From Fibrobacter succinogenes subsp. succinogenes S85 (GTDB lineage Bacteria > Fibrobacterota > Fibrobacteria > Fibrobacterales > Fibrobacteraceae), in NCBI RefSeq assembly GCF_000146505.1, contig NC_017448.1, positions 1,110,001 to 1,142,000 of the forward strand: a stretch of DNA of 32,000 bases, given 5' to 3'. Position 1 is the stretch's first letter; the number at the start of each line of letters is the position of its first letter. The notes below the pieces were generated by a model. The model had not been told where the DNA came from. It was given only the letters and a program-made list of their open reading frames with translations, and searched no databases. Positions 1 through 6,363 of the stretch are shown here, one piece after another. A program made the translations under genes and the position numbers.

Positions 1-1181
1 GAAACAGCCCTGCGGATTTCCATCGGCTTCACCTTCTTGACGACGTCACCGTTAGAATTGCGCCATTCCTTCACAATCTGCGGACGCATGAGCTTTCCGC
101 CATTGGCAATAGCGGCATAAGCCATCACCATCTGGATAGGCGTCACAGAAACAGCATGGCCAAAGCCCATCGTCTTTAACGTTCTATCGTCGCGAGTGAG
201 TTCAGCCGGCTTCAAAAGTCTTCCGTTTTCTTCGCCAACATAGTTGTCAAAAGCTCTCTCGCCAATGCCAAAGGCACGTGCCATCCTGTACATACCCATA
301 GCGCCCACTTCAGAGGCAATCTTTGCAAACACGATATTCGAGGACTGCACCATCGCTTCGCTCATGTCCATATCGCCATAGACGTGGGTATCGCAAATCT
401 TTTCGGATCTCGGGTTCCACTGCCAGCAACGGCCTTCATTCACAAAAATCTTGTTCGGGCTCACAGCGTTATTTTCAAGTGCCGCAGCAGCGGTAATCAC
501 CTTGAACGTAGAACCCGGTTCGTAAGACATCGAGACGATTTCGTTTTTACCCGCGCGGTCACCGCCCTGGTTCTTGGAATTCGGATCAAAAGTCGGGTAG
601 CTCGCCATTGCAAGGATTTCACCCGTGTACGGGTCCACGACAACGGCACTGGCACTCTTTGCAGAAAATTCAGCAACGCCGTCCTTCAAAGCTTTTTCAA
701 CAATTTCCTGCATGTTGCGGTCAATCGTCAAAACGAGATTCAAGCCGGACTTGGCCTGCACCACTTCCGTAGAGCGGGAAAGCACTTCTCGCTGCGCAGC
801 GTCCTGGATACTCACGCGGATACCTTCGTCACCACGGAGGCTATCGTTGTAAATCTGTTCCATGCCCATGCTGCCCGAACCATTATAGCCGACCTTGCCC
901 ACAATCTGCGATGCAAGCGAGCCCTGCAAGAACAGGCGGCTGTAGCCCAAATTATTGTTCGTATCGCGCATGCTTTCGGCAAACACGACACCGTTCCTGT
1001 CCATAATAGAACCACGTTCTGCGTACAGGTTTTTCGTCTGCGTCACAGTAGACTTCGTACGTTCCTGATACACGTCACGGTTCAAGACCTGGATATTAAA
1101 GGTCTGGAAAATGAGCACACCAATCATGCAAAGCACAAGGCTCTTCAAAATAACCAGAGGATCAGCACTGTACTTATTCAC
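1..1181 (-). CDS. ftsI: Penicillin-binding protein / cell-division transpeptidase FtsI (N-terminal ~393 aa; the 3' end runs off the window)
   Basis: The minus-strand frame is open from 1181 to the window edge. My own translation reads VNKYSADPLVILKSLVLCMIGVLIF (TM anchor), then EPGSTFKVITAAAALE (SxxK active site) and QSSNIVFAK (SxN motif). A GTG start overlaps the ftsL stop by 8 nt, and the gene follows mraZ-rsmH-ftsL as in dcw clusters. The listed + ORF 384..1202 is its antisense shadow. Confidence 0.85.
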   Translation of the reverse strand, partial: MNKYSADPLVILKSLVLCMIGVLIFQTFNIQVLNRDVYQERTKSTVTQTKNLYAERGSIMDRNGVVFAESMRDTNNNLGYSRLFLQGSLASQIVGKVGYNGSGSMGMEQIYNDSLRGDEGIRVSIQDAAQREVLSRSTEVVQAKSGLNLVLTIDRNMQEIVEKALKDGVAEFSAKSASAVVVDPYTGEILAMASYPTFDPNSKNQGGDRAGKNEIVSMSYEPGSTFKVITAAAALENNAVSPNKIFVNEGRCWQWNPRSEKICDTHVYGDMDMSEAMVQSSNIVFAKIASEVGAMGMYRMARAFGIGERAFDNYVGEENGRLLKPAELTRDDRTLKTMGFGHAVSVTPIQMVMAYAAIANGGKLMRPQIVKEWRNSNGDVVKKVKPMEIRRAV

Positions 1182-1491
1182 GTGACTCCCCCGTTATCAT
1201 GATTTTTACCGGAACATCGTTCAAGCCAAGGCCCGTACGTTCCGCAAACTTTGCAAGATGGTCCATCGACATAAGCTTGTTGATTTCATAATCCTTCAAG
1301 AGGATTTCACGATGGAGCAAGCTTGACTTTTCCTTAAGCCCATACAAAGTGCCGTAAAGACTGTTGACGCAGTTCTGCATGTACACAGGGACCATGAAAA
1401 CAAGCGAAGCCACGGCGACCAACATAAGAACAAAGCCCATCACGCTATGCTTCCCTGTTTTTTCGGTTTCATTCTGCACATTATCGATCAT
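1174..1491 (-). CDS. ftsL: Small bitopic membrane protein, FtsL-like cell division protein
   Basis: 105 aa with a single TM helix (GFVLMLVAVASLVFMVPVY). It lies between rsmH and ftsI, with 4-nt and 8-nt overlaps to its neighbours. The call rests on position and architecture, not on sequence motifs. Confidence 0.7.
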   Translation of the reverse strand: MIDNVQNETEKTGKHSVMGFVLMLVAVASLVFMVPVYMQNCVNSLYGTLYGLKEKSSLLHREILLKDYEINKLMSMDHLAKFAERTGLGLNDVPVKIMITGESRE

Positions 1492-2501
1492 ACTCTTTCA
1501 TAGATCCTTAATTTTGCAGAACGAGCCCGGCTGTTCCTGTTGATTTCATCGGCCGAGGGCAAAATCGGCTTACGGTTCACTTTCTTCAAACGCTGGTGGT
1601 TACCACCACACATGCAAACCGGCAAGTTTTCCGGGCAAATGCATGCTTTTTCAAATTCTGCAGCCGTTTCCTTGACGCAGCGGTCTTCTACGGAGTGGTA
1701 GCTCATCACCACGAGGCGACCACCCACCTTGAGGCAATCGACAGCGGCGCGGAGGCTATCTTCAATCTGCTTGAGTTCGCCGTTCACTTCCATGCGGATG
1801 GCCTGGAAAACGCGGGCCAAAAGGCTATTCGCTTCACGGCGCTTGTCCGGGAACACGGCTTCGACAACGGCCTTGATATCGCTCGGGAGCACATCGCGGC
1901 CTTCGGTGGTAATTTCTCCCACTTTTTCCTTGATGCGGGTTGCAAGCTTGAACGCACGGTCCATATCGGCATTCTTGCGGAGTGCGGCCGCAAAATCATC
2001 TTCGCTAACGCTGCGGAGCCATTCCTGGGCGGACACATTTTCGCGGCGGTCCATGCGAAGGTCGAGCGGATTGTCGCCTACAAAAGTAAAGCCACGGCTA
2101 GAGTCATCCACCTGATGGCTGCTGATGCCGAGATCGTAAAGAACACCGTCAAGAGAATTCGGTTCAATTTCGTTTCCGAGTTCGCTAAACGGAACCGGAT
2201 GGACAATAAACTTGGGAGCGACGCCAGCAAGGCGTTTCGTCGCAAACTGGACCGCTTCATCGTCGCGGTCAAAAGCGTGGAGCGTCCCTTCGGAATTCAG
2301 TTCTTGGGCAATAGCGTAAGAATGGCCGCCACCGCCAAGCGTGCAGTCCGAATAGGTGCCGTTCGGCTTGATATTCAAGCCTTCAAGGCATTCCTTGAGC
2401 ATCACCGGATCGTGATAGAATTCTCTCCCTTGAACTCCTGCGACCGCGGCTTCCGAAATTTCGTTTACATGTACTGACTTGCGGAGATTGTTATCTGCCA
2501 T
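1488..2501 (-). CDS. rsmH: 16S rRNA (cytosine1402-N4)-methyltransferase RsmH/MraW
   Basis: 337 aa. It contains YHDPVMLKECLEGL, DCTLGGGGHS (SAM-binding), LYDLGISSHQVD and SYHSVEDR, the characteristic RsmH blocks. It lies immediately downstream of mraZ. Confidence 0.95.
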   Translation of the reverse strand: MADNNLRKSVHVNEISEAAVAGVQGREFYHDPVMLKECLEGLNIKPNGTYSDCTLGGGGHSYAIAQELNSEGTLHAFDRDDEAVQFATKRLAGVAPKFIVHPVPFSELGNEIEPNSLDGVLYDLGISSHQVDDSSRGFTFVGDNPLDLRMDRRENVSAQEWLRSVSEDDFAAALRKNADMDRAFKLATRIKEKVGEITTEGRDVLPSDIKAVVEAVFPDKRREANSLLARVFQAIRMEVNGELKQIEDSLRAAVDCLKVGGRLVVMSYHSVEDRCVKETAAEFEKACICPENLPVCMCGGNHQRLKKVNRKPILPSADEINRNSRARSAKLRIYERV

Positions 2502-2964
2502 TATCCCCCTCCGTCAAGCCTTCACCATAGAACGCGGCATCGAAAGCGTCGATAGCTTCATTTGTCTGTAAGCCATACTTTTCGTTGTAACGTTCAGGAT
2601 TCCATAATTCGAGAGTTTTACCGCTGGCCTGGACGTAAAGAACTTCGTCTTTAAGACCGGCATACTCCAGCAATATTTTGGGGAGTAAAATGCGATTCTG
2701 GCCATCCATCTCCACGACTGTGGGGCAGAGGCCTCTCCGAACTAAGTCGGCTTGACGGCGGTCGGACCGGCTGTCCAAGTCCGCCATGAATTTCTCAAAC
2801 TCAGGAAGGACAAACAACCGGAGGGTGCGGTCCGGGCCACGAGTGACCACGAACTCTTTCCCTTCGGACTCAGCGAGCTGACGACGGAATTCCCTAGGGA
2901 AGGAGGTCCTTCCCTTTCCATCGATCGCCGTTTGGGCTTGTCCTATGAAAGAAGTGAAATCCAT
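2491..2964 (-). CDS. mraZ: Transcriptional regulator MraZ
   Basis: There are two SpoVT/AbrB-like halves (IDGKGRTSFPREFR and MDGQNRILLPKIL). It is the first gene of the dcw cluster. I prefer the ATG at 2964 (MDFTSFIG...) over the GTG at 2973 used by the ORF track. Confidence 0.92.
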   Translation of the reverse strand: MDFTSFIGQAQTAIDGKGRTSFPREFRRQLAESEGKEFVVTRGPDRTLRLFVLPEFEKFMADLDSRSDRRQADLVRRGLCPTVVEMDGQNRILLPKILLEYAGLKDEVLYVQASGKTLELWNPERYNEKYGLQTNEAIDAFDAAFYGEGLTEGDNGR

Positions 2965-2975
2965 ATTTGACACAT

Positions 2976-3026
2976 TTTACCACAACACTTATCACACACC
3001 ACAAATATACCCACTTTCTACCACTG
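2976..3026 (-). promoter_or_regulatory. Array of GTGG(G/T) direct repeats upstream of mraZ; candidate MraZ operator
   Basis: CCAC on the + strand occurs at 2980, 2999, 3011 and 3021, which is GTGG in the mraZ orientation. The last three are spaced 10-12 nt apart and lie 15-60 nt upstream of the start codon. MraZ is known to bind short direct repeats in its own promoter. Confidence 0.35.
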
Positions 3027-3170
3027 TGGCAATAGAAAACCGGAGCCATGCTTAAAAAAAGCATACTTTTAGGCTTTGTTAATAAAATTTTTACACAAAA
3101 TTTCGTTCCTCCCAGCAATTTTCTGTCGACACAAGGTAATATTTGCATAAGATTTTTGTTACAAGCAATA

Positions 3171-3296
3171 TTAGTTGGCAGAACTTAGTCCGCTACGCTC
3201 TTAGAACTTAGACAACGCATCCCAGAGACAGCGGAGCAACCATCTTAAACTCTTATTCTATATTCTAAGCTCTAAGTTCTACCAACTGCCAACTAA
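3171..3296 (+). repeat. Long imperfect inverted repeat built from 7-nt units, immediately 5' of the FliB-like gene
   Basis: Positions 3171-3188 (ttagttggcagaacttag) are the reverse complement of 3272-3296 (ctaagttctaccaactgccaactaa), apart from a 7-nt duplication. The right arm, 3255-3296, reads in 7-nt register: attctat attctaa gctctaa gttctac caactgc caactaa. Confidence 0.8.
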
Positions 3297-3301
3297 CTCC
3301 C

Positions 3302-4285
3302 ATGCTTCTCCGCGTTCCCGCTTTTTATGATTCGTTCCATTGCATCGCCGGCAAATGCACCGACACCTGCTGCATCGGCTGGGAAATAGACATCGACCCC
3401 GCAAGCGCCAAACGTTACGCCAAAGTCAAAGGCGATTTTGGAGAAAAACTTCGTCAAAACATCGAAGACGGTCATTTCAAATTGCTCCCCGGCGACCGTT
3501 GCCCATTCTTAATGCGCGATGGGCTCTGCGATATGATTTGCCACATCGGCGAAGACTATCTTTGCGACATCTGCCGCGAGCACCCGCGATTTGTGGAAGT
3601 CTACGGTGACATCATGGAAAAAGGGATTGGTCTCTGCTGCGAAGAAGGCGTGCGCTTACTGCTTGAGTGCAAAGGCTCAGCCACCTCACCCATTGCGTTT
3701 GTTGAGCGCGAAATTGACGACGTTCCGGACGATATTCCCGATGACGCCATTGAAGCTCGCGACGCCATTTTTGAAGAGAGAGAGCATTTGTTTGCAATCC
3801 TCGCCGACCACAGCAAGCCTTTGAACGCACGCCTCATCAAGCTCTTGGACTACGCCGTTGAGACAAGCGGCATTGAAATCAAGGAAAGTGACATTTCAAA
3901 CAACATCTACCAGTCGTGGTTCGGAATTTTAGGCAAGGGCGAAAGCTACGGCCCCGCCTGGGATAACGCCTACAAGGAACTCAAGGAACGCGGGTGGCAA
4001 ACCAAAACGATTTTCACTGATAGCGACGGTGAAAAAATCATCGCCTACTTGCTATTCCGCTACTACGAGAAAAGCCTCTTCGATGGCAACAGCCTCACCA
4101 AGGTCGAGTTCGCCATTTACTTCTGGATTATGGTGCAAAAAATCCAAGGAACGAAAATTGACGCCATAAAACTGCTCAGCAAGCAGACCGAATATTCCGA
4201 AGAAATCATGGAGATTTTTGAGCAGGAATTCATGGAAAATCCGGCGTTTTCGCCCACCAATTTCAAGAGAATCCTCGCCGAGTAA
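3302..4285 (+). CDS. FliB-family protein (flagellin lysine-N-methylase-like; Cys-rich YkgJ/CxxCxxCC-type domain)
   Basis: 327 aa. The N-terminus, PAFYDSFHCIAGKCTDTCCIGWEIDIDPASAKRY, matches the FliB signature F.C.G..C.D.CC.GW.I..D.....Y. A second Cys cluster follows (CPFLMRDGLCDMICHIGEDYLCDICREHPR). Confidence 0.7.
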   Translation: MLLRVPAFYDSFHCIAGKCTDTCCIGWEIDIDPASAKRYAKVKGDFGEKLRQNIEDGHFKLLPGDRCPFLMRDGLCDMICHIGEDYLCDICREHPRFVEVYGDIMEKGIGLCCEEGVRLLLECKGSATSPIAFVEREIDDVPDDIPDDAIEARDAIFEEREHLFAILADHSKPLNARLIKLLDYAVETSGIEIKESDISNNIYQSWFGILGKGESYGPAWDNAYKELKERGWQTKTIFTDSDGEKIIAYLLFRYYEKSLFDGNSLTKVEFAIYFWIMVQKIQGTKIDAIKLLSKQTEYSEEIMEIFEQEFMENPAFSPTNFKRILAE

Positions 4286-4423
4286 CACGAACGCTCGCGA
4301 AATACGATTTTTTACATTATTTTTCCCATTTTTTGACAGAAATCACAATTCAATCCGCTATTTTTTGGTATTTTACAACTGTTTAAAAAGATTCCCAGGG
4401 ATTAACCCAAAGTCTTTAGGAGT

Positions 4424-4972
4424 ATGAGCATGTTTAAACGTCTTTTTAGTCTGATTGTCTTTGCAGCCGTAATGGGCTTCGCCCAGTTTGCACCTGAACC
4501 GCAGGTTGCCGATATTAAGTTAATGATGGATCCCAAGACCGAGAAGCCCATGATCATGGATTTTTCGACGCACCTTTCGGGCATCAGCGATCCGGGCATT
4601 TTGTTCGCCCACTTCAGCAACCGTCCGTTGCTCATCTACTATTTCAGCCCCAAATGCCCGCACTGCCAAAAGCACTTCCCCGAGATCCAGAACCTCATCA
4701 AGGAATATGAATCCAAGGGTCTTACGGGTATTGCAATCGGCTTGAACGGCGGCATTAAGAAGAACGATATCCGCTTGTTTATTGACCAGTACCACGCTGT
4801 TATTCCGGTATTCCAGGACACGGATAGTAAGTTTGGGCCGGCTTATGGCACGGGTTACATCCCGGTGGTCTACCTCGTGCAGAAGGACGGCACGTTCTAC
4901 CGCTACGAGACGCTCAACGAAGCGAACATGAATCATTTGCGCGCTACGCTGAACAAGATTTTGAAGAAGTAA
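4424..4972 (+). CDS. Secreted thioredoxin-fold thiol:disulfide oxidoreductase (TlpA/ResA-like)
   Basis: 182 aa with a signal peptide (MFKRLFSLIVFAAVMGFAQF). The CxxC active site is in thioredoxin context (YYFSPKCPHCQKHFPE). An AGGAG Shine-Dalgarno sequence lies 7 nt upstream. Confidence 0.8.
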   Translation: MSMFKRLFSLIVFAAVMGFAQFAPEPQVADIKLMMDPKTEKPMIMDFSTHLSGISDPGILFAHFSNRPLLIYYFSPKCPHCQKHFPEIQNLIKEYESKGLTGIAIGLNGGIKKNDIRLFIDQYHAVIPVFQDTDSKFGPAYGTGYIPVVYLVQKDGTFYRYETLNEANMNHLRATLNKILKK

Positions 4973-5013
4973 TAAAACCGACCGTCGAACCTGGCGCCCC
5001 TGGGCGCCAGACG

Positions 5014-5050
5014 GTATGAAAAAAGCCCCTCAAGGGGGCTTTTTTCATAC
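5014..5050. terminator. Bidirectional rho-independent terminator (16-bp perfect stem)
   Basis: The sequence is gtatgaaaaaagcccc-tcaa-ggggcttttttcatac. An A-run and a T-run flank the GC core, so it can terminate both the + strand thioredoxin-like gene and the minus-strand tRNA. A second hairpin, ctggcgcc-cctg-ggcgccag, lies at 4991-5010. Confidence 0.8.
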
Positions 5051-5121
5051 CGTCGGCGGGAGTCGAACCCACGACCCGTTGCTTAGAAGGCAACTGCTCT
5101 ATCCAACTGAGCTACGACGGC
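5048..5121 (-). tRNA. tRNA-Arg (anticodon TCT)
   Basis: The reverse complement is GCCGTCGTAGCTCAGTTGGATAGAGCAGTTGCCTTCTAAGCAACGGGTCGTGGGTTCGACTCCCGCCGACGGTA. It folds as a cloverleaf: acceptor GCCGTCG/CGACGGT, D arm GCTC/GAGC, anticodon stem GTTGC/GCAAC with loop CTTCTAA, and T arm GTGGG-TTCGACT-CCCGC. Confidence 0.93.
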
Positions 5122-5340
5122 GTTTGTGAGCACACAATATAGTAAATAATTTGATTTTTCGTCAATTTTCGCACGAATCAAAACCTATCTCTCCAAAAAA
5201 TTACGCATTCCCCGTTGCCATTGTAGGAAATTTTATCTACATTTATGCATGAATTCAAATATTTGCATAAAACAAAAGCGTAACATTCGACATTGCACTG
5301 CGGATCCAAAGCTCAATGCCGACCGTTGCACGGAGATACA

Positions 5341-6231
5341 ATGAAGATTATCGACATCCTGAAGCAAGACAAGATGAGCCTCTCCTTCGAGGTGTTCCCG
5401 CCGAAGAAAGAAACGAGTTTTGAAAACGTTAAAGCAGCTACCGAAGCGATTGCAAAGCTTAACCCCGCATTCATGAGCGTCACATACGGCGCAGGCGGCG
5501 GCGTAAGCCAGTACACGCTCGAAATTGCGAAGAATCTCAAGTACAATTTCAACATTCCGATGCTCGCCCACCTCACCTGCATTTCGAGCACCAAGGAAAC
5601 CATCCACCAGCGCATCGAAGACATGAAGGCCGCCGGCATCAAGAACGTGATGGCCCTCCGTGGCGACCTCACGCCGGAACTCATTGCAAACGGTCGCGGC
5701 GATTGCGACTACCACCACGCTGTGGAACTCATCCGCGAACTCAAAGCCGCTGATGCCGATTTTTGCATTGGCGCCGCCTGCTACCCGGAAAAACACCCGG
5801 AAAGTCCAAACCAAGCCGAAGACATCAAGCACCTCAAGGAAAAGGTCGAAGCAGGCGCCGACTTCCTCACAACGCAGATGGTCTTCGACAACAACCTTTT
5901 CTTCAGCTTCCTTTACAAGCTCCGCGATGCAGGCGTGAACTGCCCGGTGCTCCCCGGCATTATGCCCATCACGAACGCGAACCAGGTCGAACGCGCCATT
6001 AAGCTTTCGGGTTCGTTCATGCCGCAACATTTCAAGTCGCTTGTGGACAAGTTCGGTAGCGATCCGGAAGCCATGAAGCAGGCTGGCATCATCTACGCCA
6101 CCGACCAGATCATCGACCTCTACGCGAACGGCATCACGAACGTCCACGTTTATTCCATGAACAAGCCGGACGTCGCCGAAGGTATCCTCAAGAACGTCTC
6201 TGCCATTCTCGGCAAGAACTTCGCAGGGTAA
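5341..6231 (+). CDS. metF: 5,10-methylenetetrahydrofolate reductase
   Basis: MKIIDILKQDKMSLSFEVFPPKK..., FMSVTYGAGG, HLTC, ALRGD and TQMVFD are typical MetF blocks. The start is chosen at the ATG at 5341, which is preceded by a GGAG Shine-Dalgarno sequence. The upstream extension to 5293 is unlikely. Confidence 0.93.
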   Translation: MKIIDILKQDKMSLSFEVFPPKKETSFENVKAATEAIAKLNPAFMSVTYGAGGGVSQYTLEIAKNLKYNFNIPMLAHLTCISSTKETIHQRIEDMKAAGIKNVMALRGDLTPELIANGRGDCDYHHAVELIRELKAADADFCIGAACYPEKHPESPNQAEDIKHLKEKVEAGADFLTTQMVFDNNLFFSFLYKLRDAGVNCPVLPGIMPITNANQVERAIKLSGSFMPQHFKSLVDKFGSDPEAMKQAGIIYATDQIIDLYANGITNVHVYSMNKPDVAEGILKNVSAILGKNFAG

Positions 6232-6277
6232 TTAAGAGAGAAGCCCGCTTCCGCGGACTCGGCAAAAGTAACGAAAA

Positions 6278-6304
6278 AGACCTGGCTCACGGCCAGGTCT
6301 TTTC
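6278..6304. terminator. Rho-independent terminator between convergent metF and the OmpA-family gene
   Basis: agacctggc-tcacg-gccaggtct is followed by tttt and preceded by aaaaa. Confidence 0.75.
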
Positions 6305-6314
6305 ACATTTTCAA

Positions 6315-6353
6315 GAGGGCGATGCCCTCCCGGAACGGAGTCCGGGATGACAA
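6315..6353. repeat. REP-like GC-rich double-hairpin element (intergenic copy)
   Basis: gagggc-gat-gccctc lies directly next to cccgga-acggag-tccggg. Positions 6328-6353 (tcccggaacggagtccgggatgacaa) match 24938-24963 at 25 of 26 nt. Confidence 0.6.
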
Positions 6354-6363
6354 AAGTGCGGGC

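Noticed and set aside
384-1202. Long ORFs antisense to real genes: 384-1202(+), 1596-2477(+), 5233-6147(-), 6832-8508(+), 10008-11708(+), 12828-13466(-), 18431-19198(-), 20733-21425(+), 22236-23042(+), 27004-27393(-) and 30730-31833(-).
   Set aside because: Each lies opposite a gene with clear family motifs (ftsI, rsmH, metF, OmpA, serC, psd, ychF and others). Their translations are low-complexity, Arg/His/Val-rich and without motifs. The pattern is what codon bias produces when TTA, CTA and TCA codons are avoided on the sense strand, so they are shadow ORFs.
3138-3150. The 13-mer AATATTTGCATAA is shared by two promoter regions (3138-3150 and 5258-5270), and TTATGCA-N15-TGCATAA lies upstream of metF. 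These could be a common operator.
   Set aside because: A 13-nt exact match is expected roughly 10-15 times by chance among all position pairs in 32 kb on both strands, and more often in AT-rich spacers. There is no further support.
3302-5121. The segment next to the 3' end of tRNA-Arg was considered as a possible tRNA-targeted genomic island.
   Set aside because: There is no integrase, no direct repeat of the tRNA 3' end and no mobility genes. The two genes there have normal-looking composition.
5122-5340. I looked for a SAM or other riboswitch, or a T-box, in the 220-nt region upstream of metF.
   Set aside because: I could recognise no conserved riboswitch core (such as the SAM-I junction sequences). 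The region holds only AT-rich promoter-like sequence and one short inverted repeat. A cmscan search would be needed to exclude one formally.
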